From: Macrostomum lignano
Lineage: Eukaryota
Direction of reading: 5' to 3'
NCBI GenBank assembly: GCA_002269645.1
Contig: NIVC01004792.1
Coordinates: forward strand, 1 to 34,986
DNA: 34,986 nt
The translations under genes and the position numbers were made by a program. Below the pieces are notes generated by a model. The model ran no database searches. It was not told the origin of the DNA and worked only from the letters and a program-made list of their open reading frames with translations. Positions within the stretch are counted from its first letter, which is position 1. Every line of letters starts with the position of its first letter. Positions 23,104 through 34,443 of the stretch are shown here, in pieces.

Positions 23104-23622
23104 ATGAGGGCTCTTTGCGTCTGCCTGTTGGTGTCTCTGGCCCTGTCCGTGAACTAAATTAACTCCGCCGTGACGCCTCGCAGTGCGGCAGACAACAGGC
23201 AAGAGGTTCGGATCTGATCTACAGCGTTGCAAATGGCGATTATTTGTTCGTCAGCAAGGACAAGAGGGGCAGCGCGCCGGACAATTTGGTCAAGAGAACA
23301 TCGTTGAGAACATCGGCGAGTCGAGCAAATCGGTTCCTCCTGCAGCACGGCGGCAATAACCGCTACGGCATCTACAACCCGAGCTCCGATGGCTCACGTG
23401 GTCCTGCCTCACCCAAGAGAAGCCATCAAGCAGAGGAACGAGTTCGTATTTGAGAGCGTCGGGCACAATCGCTCTGTGATATTCAACCCCAGCTATGGTA
23501 AATATCTGTTTGCGTCAAAAAGCCTTCACAACGTAGACAATAACCTTGTGCTCAGTCATAAATCTTGGTTCGATTGCCGCAACAGGTTCACTCTGATTCT
23601 GCACGACGAGCCTTGTTCCTAG
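23104..23622 (+). pseudogene. Decayed secreted protein gene: signal peptide plus three-repeat beta-trefoil-like domain
   Basis: ATG 23104 reads MRALCVCLLVSLALSVN then TAA (23155-57), followed by two frameshifts. The repeats are IYSVANGDYLFVSK..DNLV, IYNPS (truncated) and IFNPSYGKYLFASK..DNNLV; TAG at 23620-22. The fold is inferred from repeat spacing. Confidence 0.65.
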
Positions 23623-24881
23623 TCTGTATAAATGAGAGAACTTCATTAAGTGCACCTGAGCTCTCGCACCTGATCAGAGACCGAACGATGCATCTGATAA
23701 CTTTCAGATTGGGTTAAATCCAGGACTAATTAATGACTTAATTGATTTAACAATTTTTTGATACCTACATGTAAGCAAGTTAAGATGACTACTTTGATGC
23801 AGTGTAATGTAGATTGATCTGATACGTTGTCTACGGTATAGAGCTTCTCGATGAATTTAGGCTCAATTAGTTCGCTTTTATACCGAGTTGTTGCAAACAG
23901 AACGAAGATTTGCATGGATTACACGTCTGTATTGGCTCCTGCTGCTTTTCCAGAATATACATGTAGGGAACAGCTTTTTGTCTATGGGGAGTCTGGAGAG
24001 CAGCAGAAATGCTTGAGTTCGATGTCTGATTCAAATAGAACCAAATGTTGGTCTTAACCTACCTGTTTCTGATTCAGGAAAAAAGAACACAGCTACTATA
24101 TACGTTATAATTAGGCAGTTTCCGTTTTTTATTCACAAAAATCAACAAAATCTTACCTTTAGAACTCTTGTGGATCGCAACTGGCTTTACTATGACCAGG
24201 TGGCAATGCTGACAAATGTTTAATTTGTTTCCTGAAACTTCGTTTGGCTTGTACAAGCTGGCCCTTGGCGGGTTTGGCCCATAGATTTTTGGGCACTGGA
24301 AGCAATATATAGATATGTCTATGCTTCCTAGGCCGAAACGCGGCACAAATACCTTATGGTAACATATGTAATTTGTCAATGCAACAACAGCATCAGCAAC
24401 AACAATAACAACAACAACATCACAATATACTGTCAGGTCTTATAAAATACGCGTCTCTGGACTGGGTCGTCTAGATCTTTAGTCTTGTAGTCCTCCGTAA
24501 ATACAGAAGACAACGACAGGCAACACGAGCCGTTTGGGCGGACAGATAAGAGGGCTCTGGGTGTGCAGGACGGGCGGTGTGCAGAAGAAGAATTGCATTC
24601 AATTAAAGATTAATTGAAATCTTGAACCTAGAATTTACATGCGCATCTACGAGATACATTAATTTCGTAGTTTTTGTTTACTACTACTTTCTAGTCATGC
24701 AGTAGGCGGGATCGCTTAAAACGGTAAAATGAATGCTGGTTAAATACCACAATACAATTAAACTGCTCAGTCAGCCAGCACGCGGAGGCGAAATAATATA
24801 GACACTACTTAGTCATCGTATGATTATTCACGGTTATCAACCCATCCCATCCAAAAACCTGATTTGATCTGTCTATCTATC

Positions 24882-25052
24882 CTAGCTTCAGCAAAAAAAT
24901 TATGCTATTTACGTTTCTTGCTTTGAGAACTATTGTTCTTTTTAGTAAATATACCATCGAATCCTTCTAGCTTCAGCGATAAAAATATTTTATGCAATTT
25001 ACGTTTCTTGCTGTGAGAACTATTGTTCTTTTTAGTAAATATACCATCGAAT
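24882..25052. repeat. Tandem duplication of an about 81-86-bp unit
   Basis: Two copies of ctagcttcagc...tttacgtttcttgc..gagaactattgttcttttta gtaaatataccatcgaat starting at 24882 and 24967. Confidence 0.92.
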
Positions 25053-25293
25053 TGTACAATTTTGCAGACTATTAGCAGAGCCTTTCAAACGGATGCTTGA
25101 AAAAAAATAGTCGACGATATAGAATCAGAATCAACGATACACTATTTGTGGGATAATGTACAAATTAAATCCAGAATGAATTTCTTCGATAAAACTTGGT
25201 CTTTGCCTAAAACTAGCAAAAATAAAGTTGCAAGCCACTGAACGCGCAAAGGAGTTGCTAGAATTGTAGCAGTCGATTACGAAGCTATTAGTA

Positions 25294-25299
25294 TTTATT
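25294..25299 (-). terminator. Polyadenylation signal AATAAA of the Cys-rich peptide gene
   Basis: Lies about 105 nt downstream of the stop codon on the coding strand. Confidence 0.5.
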
Positions 25300-25402
25300 T
25301 TGGTACCAAATTAATTGACAATTAAAACCATAAAACTGAAATGGATGATGCATCGTTCAGCCTCTGATCAGGTGAGAGCCGCCCGGGTCAGTCAGCGAGC
25401 GC

Positions 25403-25612
25403 TCAGGTGCAGCGGTACATGCGGGGATTGTAGCAGTGCGTGCCGCACTTGCGATGACCGACCGGGCACAGGAAGTAGCCATTGATGCAAGTGTGCGTCC
25501 TCGGGCTGTAGCAGGTGCCGCCGCAGGACCGGTCGCCGCCACCGCAGGCGTCAGTAGAGTTCACAGACACGGCCAGCAGAACCAGCAGGCAGACGCAGAG
25601 AGCCTTCATCAT
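25403..25612 (-). CDS. Secreted 69-aa cysteine-rich peptide resembling carbohydrate-binding module family 52 (Carb_bind)
   Basis: Hydrophobic signal peptide, then CGGTCYSPRTHTC-INGYFLCP-VGHRK-CGTHCYNPRMYRC. It has 8 mature Cys, GC-rich codons, an upstream TATA box and a downstream AATAAA. Confidence 0.8.
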   Translation of the reverse strand: MMKALCVCLLVLLAVSVNSTDACGGGDRSCGGTCYSPRTHTCINGYFLCPVGHRKCGTHCYNPRMYRCT

Positions 25613-25752
25613 CTTGAGTAGAGGTGTTGATGCGGTGAGTAGTGGAATGCTGCAGAACCGATGCGGACTTTTATTCTGTAGGGCCTCTGGTCGGTGCTTG
25701 CTGAGTTGCTAAGTGGCTGCTGGCTTGCACCGTCGCCTCAGTCCGCCGCTTG

Positions 25753-25760
25753 TATTTATA
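25753..25760 (-). promoter_or_regulatory. TATA box (TATAAATA) of the Cys-rich peptide gene
   Basis: Consensus TATA in a GC-rich context about 140 nt upstream of the ATG. Confidence 0.6.
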
Positions 25761-26186
25761 GACTGCGGCCAGAGGCTTGGGGTTGAAGGGTGGAGTGGGG
25801 TGGGGGCCATCAGAACACGAAAAACCCCCTCTGTGAAACCCGCCAGCCAATCAAATTTTGTTTTAAAGACAAGAGCAGACTGTGGTGAGGGGGCGGGGTG
25901 CTGGGTCAGCTAGTAATTGATCCAAGCCCCTGGTGTGTGTGCACATCTACAAATACTATAGTAAAAGCTTATCTTGGTTGGTTAGTACAGCCCTGGCTTA
26001 AGCGTTGACGATCGCGTTTTCATTCTCTGCTAAGTAAATATTGATAGTTTGCAAACGTAAACAAGCTCGTCATTCTTGCATTCAGCTCAATATAATTATA
26101 GCTGATACTCGTATTACGCAATAGTCACCCCAAGTTAGGCTTCGCAAATTCAGAATGCTCTATATGATAATAAATAAATGCAGCTA

Positions 26187-26454
26187 CACTCAGCAACATC
26201 GAAAAGTCGCCATCACAGAAGATTCCTTTTTGAGAGGGCGGCAGGTAAAGTCTCTCAATCTTTGCGAGTGACGCAACTCAGCTACGCCGCGGCAGACTTG
26301 AGTTGAGGAATGAAGTGGGGGGGGGGAGCGGTGTGCGAGGGTTGGACGGATCAAAGCTACCCCGATCAGTTTTCTCGTCTATTTTATTTCATAATAGTCC
26401 AAGAGAAATTGCTCACTGGCGCATAGAGTGGCGACTTTTCAACGTTGCTGAGTA
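26187..26454. mobile_element. MITE, 268 bp, with 26-bp TIRs and TA target duplication
   Basis: Left end CACTCAGCAACATCGAAAAGTCGCCA; reverse complement of the right end TACTCAGCAACGTTGAAAAGTCGCCA (23/26 identical). TA at 26185-86 and 26455-56. Superfamily (Tc1/mariner or CACTA-like) is uncertain. Confidence 0.8.
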
Positions 26455-26625
26455 TACATGTATATTTAAACCCAACGACAGGACAAGATTGTTGCCAATT
26501 TCAAAGATCAAAGTCCAGCGCAGATGGTATATGCAGCTGATGCTCAGCTCGTTCTTCATCAAAACATTTCTCATCGGATTCACTGGATTCTTCGTTACTT
26601 ATTTTATAAGATGAATATAGTGGAA

Positions 26626-26907
26626 CGAAGGGATCGGGGTGATGGGATGAAGGGGATCAGAGTCAGTGGATGAAGGAATCAGAGTCCGTGGATGAAGGAA
26701 TCAGGGTCCGTGGATGAAGGGATCGGGGTGATAGGATGAAGGGGATTAGAGTCAGTGGATGAAGGAATCAGGGTCCGTGGATGAAGGGATCAGGGTCCGT
26801 GGATGAAGGGATCAGGGTCCGTGGATGAAGGGATCAGGGTCCGTGGATGAAGGGATCAGGGTCCGTGGATGAAGGGATCAGGGTCCGTGGATGAAGGGAT
26901 CAAGGTC
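26626..26907. repeat. 22-bp minisatellite (GATGAAGGGATCAGGGTCCGTG), about 12 copies
   Basis: Tandem copies, homogeneous on the right and degenerate on the left. Confidence 0.93.
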
Positions 26908-27928
26908 AGCGGGTGAGGGGCACGTTAGCGCCTCTCTGAAGCACATTTAAGCGCCAACTGAAGGTCATCACAGCATAATTAGAAAGGGCCCGTCGTGCGC
27001 TTTCTAAGAAAGTTTGAAATCTGACATTACAACCGTAATTTTTCTTTTTGAGTTTGGAATCAAAATTTTCACTTTCCAAGAAAGGCGCTGAGAAATCGAT
27101 AAAACAATTTGGAGCGGACAGCGAGTGCGCGTCTGTCCGCGCCGGAAGGGTGCCTGCATCAACAGCGGCAGCACCGATGACGCAACAGGTCGCTTGGACG
27201 TACCAGCTGCCGGCGCGGCGCAGCGTCCAATTCTGGGTGTCGATGAGCCAGATGGCGTCTTCTTTTTTCAGAGCTGCAAACTTTCAGAAAATTGAAACGA
27301 GTCCACTGCGCCACTCCATTGCTAATCAACGAAATTGCTTTTTTTTACTTTTCGTAATTAAGAAAGCGAATTGAGGCCAACTACGCCGTGCTGTGCAGCG
27401 GAGAGGAGCTGAAGGGCGAATCAAATTAGCTCATAATTAAAACATGCCCGAACTGCCATCGGGCCAGCCGGTAGGCCCAATCGCTAATTGATGCAGTCCT
27501 AAAATGGCGGATTAAGCAAAAAAGGTCCTGAGAATTCGGAGATCCATTTTGCATAATTGAAACTCGCTCGAGCTGTCACTCTGGCTGATCGCCCCGAGAC
27601 TTGGTCGACCTTTCGCTGCCGACAGACTCCATTGCTCATCTGCTCAGCCTGCAGTGTGCTCAGGTGGCGCCGGCTGCAAGCAAAGCCGATGCGATGGCGA
27701 CATGGGCTGTAAATGCAGCTGGGGAGCAGCTTATCGTAATTCGCAGGTAGAGCTCTGAAAAATTGCATGTCACCGGCTCTGCTCGAAATCGGGGGCAGCT
27801 GAACGGCTCGCTTTGTGGCCGGCAATTCAAAAGGCGCTGATGGGCTTTGACGGGCGAGCTGAGAGTCCGCTGTGCTCAGTTCTGGAGCGATGCGGCGTTT
27901 GCTCAGGGGTAGCAGGTGGGATTCCAGA

Positions 27929-30900
27929 ATGATGCTGTGTTGTTTGAGCTGTAGAGATGATGCTGTGAGCTGTAGAGATGATGCTGTGTTGTTTGAGCAG
28001 TAGAGATGATGCTGTGTTGTTTGAGCTGTAGAGATGATGCTGTGAGCTGTAGAGATGATGCTGTGTTGTTTGAGCAGTAGAGATGATGCTGTGTTGTTTG
28101 AGCAGTAGAGATGATGCTGTGAGCTGTAGAGATGATGCTGTGAGCTGTAGAGATGATGCTGTGAGCTGTAGAGATGATGCTGTGTTGTTTGAGCAGTAGA
28201 GATGATGCTGTTTGAGGTGTAGAGATGATGCTGTGTTGTTTGAGCTGTAGAGATGATGCTGTTTAAGCTGTAGAGATGATGTTGTGTGAGCTGTAGAGAT
28301 GATGCTGTGAGCTGTAGAGATGATGCTGTGTTGTTTGAGCAGTAGAGATGATGCTGTTTGAGGTGTAGAGATGATGCTGTGTTGTTTGAGCTGTAGAGAT
28401 GATGCTGTTTAAGCTGTAGAGATGATGTTGTGTGAGCTGTAGAGATGATGCTGTGAGCTGTAGAGATGATGCTGTGTTGTTTGAGCAGTAGAGATGATGC
28501 TGTGTTGTTTGAGCAGTAGAGATGATGCTGTTTGAGCTGTAGAGATGATGCTGTGAGCTGTAGAGATGATGCTGTGAGCTGTAGAGATGATGCTGTGTTG
28601 TTTGAGCAGTAGAGATGGTGCTGTGTTGTTTGAGCAGTAGAGATGATGCTGTTTGAGCTGTAGAGATGATGCTGTGTTGTTTGAGCTGTAGAGATGATGC
28701 TGTTTGAGCTGTAGAGATGATGTTGTGTGAGCTGTAGAGATGATGCTGTGTTGTTTGAGCAGTAGAGATGGTGCTGTGTTGTTTGAGCAGTAGAGATGAT
28801 GCTGTTTGAGCTGTAGAGATGATGCTGTTTGAGCTGTAGAGATGATGCTGTGTTGTTTGAGCAGTAGAGATGATGCTGTGTTGTTTGAGCAGTAGAGATG
28901 ATGCTGTTTGAGCTGTAGAGATGATGCTGTGAGCTGTAGAGATGATGCTGTGAGCTGTAAAGATGATGCTGTGTTGTTTGAGCTGTAGAGATGATGCTGT
29001 TTGAGCTGTAGAGATGATGCTGTGTTGTTTGAGCTGTAGAGATGATGCTGTGTTGTTTGAGCTGTAGAGATGATGCTGTTTGAGCTGTAGAGATGATGTT
29101 GTAAGCTGTAGAGATGATGCTGTGTTGTTTGAGCAGTAGAGATGATGCTGTGTGAGCTGTAGAGATGATGCTGTGAGCTGTAGAGATGATGCTGTGAGCT
29201 ATAGAGATGATGCTGTGAGCTGTAGAGATGATGCTGTTTAAGCTGTAGAGATGACGCTGTGAGCTGTATAGATGATGCAGTGAGAGCAGTAGAGATGATG
29301 CTGTGTTGTTTGAGCTGTAGAGATGATGCTGTTTGAGCTGTAGAGATGATGTTGTGAGCTGTAGAGATGATGCTGTGTTGTTTGAGTAGTAGAGATGATG
29401 CTGTTTGAGCTGTAGAGATGATGCTGTGAGCTATAGAGATTATGCTGTGTTGTTTGAGCTGTAGAGATGATGCTGTTTGAGCTGTAGAGATGATGTTGTG
29501 AGCTGTAGAGATGATGCTGTGTTGTTTGAGCAGTAGAGATGATGCTGTGTGAGCTGTAGAGATGACGCTGTGAGCTGTAGAGATGATGCTGTGAGCAGTA
29601 GAGATGATGCTGTGAGCTGTAGAGATGATGCTGTTTAAGCTGTAGAGATGACGCTGTGAGCTGTATAGATGATGCAGTGAGAGCAGTAGAGATGATGCTG
29701 TGTTGTTTGAGCTGTAGAGATGATGCTGTTTGAGCTGTAGAGATGATGTTGTGAGCTGTAGAGATGATGCTGTGTTGTTTGAGCAGTAGAGATGATGCTG
29801 TGTGAGCTGTAGAGATGATGCTGTGAGCTGTAGAGATGACGCTGTGAGCTGTAGAAATGATGCTGTGAGCTGTAGAGATGATGCTGTGAGCTGTAGAGAT
29901 GATGCTGTTTAAGCTGTAGAGATGACGCTGTGAGCTGTAGAGATGACGCTGTGAGCTGTAGAGATGATGCTGTGAGCTGTAGAGATGACGCTGTGTTGTT
30001 TGAGCTGTAGAGATGATGCTGTTTGAGCTGTAGAGATAATGTTGTGAGCTGTAGAGATGATGCTGTGTTGTTTGAGCAGTAGAGATGATGCTGTGTGAGC
30101 TGTAGAGATGATGCTGTGAGCTGTAGAGATGACGCTGTGAGCTGTAGAAATGATGCTGTGAGCTGTAGAGATGATGCTGTGAGCTGTAGAGATGATGCTG
30201 TTTAAGCTGTAGAGATGACGCTGTGAGCTGTAGAGATGACGCTGTGAGCTGTATAGATGATGCTGTGTTGTTTGAGCTGTAGAGATGATGCTGTGTTGTT
30301 TGAGCTGTAGAGATGATGCTGTTTGAGCTGTAGAGATGATGTTGTAAGCTGTAGAGATGATGCTGTGTTGTTTGAGCAGTAGAGATGATGCTGTGTGAGC
30401 TGTAGAGATGATGCTGTGAGCTGTAGAGATGATGCTGTGAGCTATAGAGATGATGCTGTGAGCTGTAGAGATGATGCTGTTTAAGCTGTAGAGATGACGC
30501 TGTGAGCTGTATAGATGATGCAGTGAGAGCAGTAGAGATGATGCTGTGTTGTTTGAGCTGTAGAGATGATGCTGTTTGAGCTGTAGAGATGATGTTGTGA
30601 GCTGTAGAGATGATGCTGTGTTGTTTGAGTAGTAGAGATGATGCTGTTTGAGCTGTAGAGATGATGCTGTGAGCTATAGAGATGATGCTGTGTTGTTTGA
30701 GCTGTAGAGATGATGCTGTTTGAGCTGTAGAGATGATGTTGTGAGCTGTAGAGATGATGCTGTGTTGTTTGAGCAGTAGAGATGATGCTGTGTGAGCTGT
30801 AGAGATGACGCTGTGAGCTGTAGAGATGATGCTGTGAGCTGTAGAGATGATGCTGTGAGCTGTAGAGATGATGCTGTTTAAGCTGTAGAGATGACGCTGT

Positions 30901-32892
30901 GAGCTGTATAGATGATGCAGTGAGAGCAGTAGAGATGATGCTGTGTTGTTTGAGCTGTAGAGATGATGCTGTTTGAGCTGTAGAGATGATGTTGTGAGCT
31001 GTAGAGATGATGCTGTGTTGTTTGAGCAGTAGAGATGATGCTGTGTGAGCTGTAGAGATGATGCTGTGAGCTGTAGAGATGACGCTGTGAGCTGTAGAAA
31101 TGATGCTGTGAGCTGTAGAGATGATGCTGTGAGCTGTAGAGATGATGCTGTTTAAGCTGTAGAGATGACGCTGTGAGCTGTAGAGATGACGCTGTGAGCT
31201 GTAGAGATGATGCTGTGAGCTGTAGAGATGACGCTGTGTTGTTTGAGCTGTAGAGATGATGCTGTTTGAGCTGTAGAGATAATGTTGTGAGCTGTAGAGA
31301 TGATGCTGTGTTGTTTGAGCAGTAGAGATGATGCTGTGTGAGCTGTAGAGATGATGCTGTGAGCTGTAGAGATGACGCTGTGAGCTGTAGAAATGATGCT
31401 GTGAGCTGTAGAGATGATGCTGTGAGCTGTAGAGATGATGCTGTTTAAGCTGTAGAGATGACGCTGTGAGCTGTAGAGATGACGCTGTGAGCTGTATAGA
31501 TGATGCTGTGTTGTTTGAGCTGTAGAGATGCTGTTTGAGCTGTAGAGATGATATTGTGAGCTGTAGAGATGATGCTGTGTTGTTTGAGCAGTAGAGATGA
31601 TGCTGTTTGAGCTGTAAAGATGATGCTGTGAGCTATAGAGATGATGCTGTGTTGTTTGAGCTGTAGAGATGATGCTCTTTGAGCTGTAGAGATGATGTTG
31701 TGAGCTGTAGAGATGATGCTGTGTTGTTTAAGCAGTAGAGATGATGCTGTGTGAGCTGTAGAGATGATGCTGTGAGCTGTAGAGATGATGCTGTGTTGTT
31801 TGAGCAGTAGAGATGATGCTGTGTTGTTTGAGCAGTAGAGATGATGCTGTTTGAGCTGTAGAGATGATGCTGTTTGAGCTGTAGAGACGATGCTGTGTTG
31901 TTTGAGCTGTAGAGATAATGCTGTTTGAGCTGTAGAAATGATGTTGTGTGAGCTGTAGAGATGATGCTGTGAGCTGTAGAGATGATGCTGCGTTGTTTGA
32001 GCTGTAGAGATGATGCTGTGTGAGCTGTAGAGATGATGTTGTGAGCTGTAGAGATGATGCTGTGAGCTGTAGAGATGATGCTGTGAGCTGTAAAGATGAT
32101 GCTGTGTTGTTTGAGCTGTAGAGATGATGCTGTTTGAGCTGTAGAGATGATGCTGTGTTGTTTGAGCTGTAGAGATGATGCTGTTTGAGCTGTAGAGATG
32201 ATGTTGTGTGAGCTGTAGAGATGATGCTGTGAGCTGTAGAGATGATGCTGTGTTGTTTGAGCAGTAGAGATGATGCTGTTTGAGCTGTAGAGATGATGCT
32301 GTTTGAGCTGTAGAGATGATGCTGTGTTGTTTGAGCAGTAGAGATGATGCTGTGTTGTTTGAGCAGTAGAGATGATGCTGTGTGAGCTGTAGAGATGATG
32401 CTGTGAGCTGTAGAGATGATGCTGTGAGCTGTAAAGATGATGCTGTGTTGTTTGAGCAGTAGAGATGATGCTGTTTGAGCTGTAGAGATGATGTTGTGAG
32501 CTGTAGAGATGATGCTGTGCTGTTTGAGCAGTAGAGATGATGCTGTGTGAGCTGTAGAGATGATGCTGTGAGCTGTAGAGATGACGCTGTGAGCTGTATA
32601 GATGATGCAGTGAGAGCTGTAGAGATAATGATGTGAGCTGTAGAGATGATGCTGTGAGCTGTAGAGATGATGCTGTGAGCTGTAGAGATGATGCTGTGTT
32701 GTTTGAGCAGTAGAGATGAGGCTGTGAGAGCTGTAGAGATGATGCTGTGAGCTGTAGAGATGATGCTGTGAGAGCTGTAGAGATGATGCTGCGTGAGCTG
32801 TAGAGATGATGCTGTGTGAGCTGTAGATGATGCTGTGAGCTGTAGAGATGATGCTGTGAGCTGTAGAGATGATGCTGTTAGAGCTGTAGAGA
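27929..32892. repeat. About 5-kb compound minisatellite (core AGCTGTAGAGATGATGCTGT; 21, 22, 23 and 28-bp variants) with higher-order duplications
   Basis: Continuous array; rare variants recur at a fixed 1243-bp offset. Confidence 0.98.
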
Positions 32893-33510
32893 CTTCTCCA
32901 ATCGCACACATTTCGGAGATAGAGTGAGATGCAGATTGGAGTTGGTCTGAAGTAAATTTTGCACCTACAAATGCTGAGCAGCAGCTGACAAGGCTCGATG
33001 CCAGCCTCTGCATGGCAAACCCCATTCTGCATGGGTTTAAGCACCGCTTAAAGAATGCAAGAAGTCGTGGCGGCGCGAGTTGCTTGCTGACACAGAAGGA
33101 ACAAGAACGAGCAGTTTTTTATTAACTGAAGCGATAGACTCGGCCGCAGGGGACCGAGGAAGGAAAAGTGCGTCATCGGTCGAACACAGAGTGAAATAAA
33201 TTAAGGTCTGCGAATGTGGGTAATTCTGCTTCAAAATAAGCACAGATCTGCAGTAGCAACAAGAAGAGATCGGACACAAAAAGCACAAAACAACGAATCT
33301 TCTGCTGCGTCACTCTGAAGATTGGAACAACAGTCGGACAAAAGCGAAGCTCAGAGGAATTCCAGCTTCAGCCGCTCCTGACTCAGCTGGTCTATCAGGT
33401 GGTAAGCGGCGATTTTGGGCGATTTTAAAGTTTGCAGTCTTTGGGTAACATCAAGTTTACGACAGCTGGTACTGATTTAGTTGAGTGACGAATGTCTGTT
33501 GCCATAGCAA

Positions 33511-34443
33511 TTAGCCCAGAGGCCTGTCAGACCCGGCATCCTGGACGACGCGGGCTCCGTCGCGATGCTCGCCGCCAAGCCGCTGGTCCCCGTCCTCCTC
33601 CGCGTCTCCGGCCTTCCCGCCAGCTCCGCGCCGCGCGCGACAAAAGCCGAACAGCCGGCGCTGCAGCCGGACGTGCAGGTTGGGGTTGGCCAGGATGTAG
33701 ATGAAGAAGTTCATAGCCGAGTCCAGGATAGTCATGATGTTCGCCAGCTTCATCAGGCAGGCGCTGGCCGGAGCGCTGGGATCCAGGATGACGAAGGCGG
33801 CGTCCAGCTTGGACAGGAAGGTGGGGAACTCGAACAGGAAGAACACAATGGACAGCGCCACCACCGTGCGGTTGGCCGGCGAGATGGAGAAGCGGCGACG
33901 ACGCTGGCGACGAAGGCCAGACGCGATGCTCTCGGAGTCGGCTGACACGGAGGCTGCGCCGGAGGCGGCGGCAGCGGCGGCGGCGGCGGCGGAGACCTGC
34001 AGCTGGCGCTGGCGCCTCCTGTCGGCGCGGATGACGGCCCAGGAGATGACGGCGGAGGAGGCGGAGACGATGATGATGGGGCCGCCGGACTGCAGCAGGA
34101 ACAGCAGCACGGTCAGGTAGGCCACCGAGTAGGCGGGGCTGAGCAGCAGCGGCGAGGGCAGCTGGTCCGCGAACTGGCCCGAGTCCAGGCAGAACACGTA
34201 GACGAACTCGAAGGCCCGCGGCAGCCCCAGGAAGAAGGCGAGGCCGGTGGCCAGGGGGAACACCGGGCAGTTGAGCCGGCGGCTCCAGGTGTGGTACAGG
34301 CGGTGCGGCGATGCCACGGCGGCCAGGCGCAGCAGGGCGATGAAACACCACCGTCCAGTTGCGGAGGCACTGCGACCAGGCGACCAGCGGCACGCTGAGG
34401 CTCATCAGCACGGCCAGGAAGCGCGCCAAGCGGATGAGGGCAC
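33511..34443 (-). CDS. Class A (rhodopsin-like) GPCR, likely peptide-receptor type; last exon covering TM3-TM7, apparent 1-bp insertion at 34343-34345
   Basis: Acceptor gccgcag at 34444. Reads QCLRNWTVVF / IALLRLAAVASP (TM3), FFLGLPRAFE (TM4), TM5, NRTVVALSIVFFLFEFP (TM6) and LDSAMNFFIY (TM7). Confidence 0.85.

Noticed and set aside
24319-24420. GGCCGAAACGC followed by a CAA-rich tail, reminiscent of a Penelope end or hammerhead ribozyme
   Set aside because: The CTGATGA core and pairing stems were not found, and no RT or GIY-YIG remnant was recognised.
27200-27277. Possible orphan minus-strand exon (tttgcag|...LKKEDAIWLIDTQNWTLRRAGS...|GTACGT)
   Set aside because: No partner exons or recognisable homology, so it cannot be supported without RNA-seq.
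31445-33044. 526-aa and 438-aa ORFs running into the large satellite
   Set aside because: Mixed unit lengths (21, 22, 23, 28) shift frames freely and the strand is naturally stop-poor.
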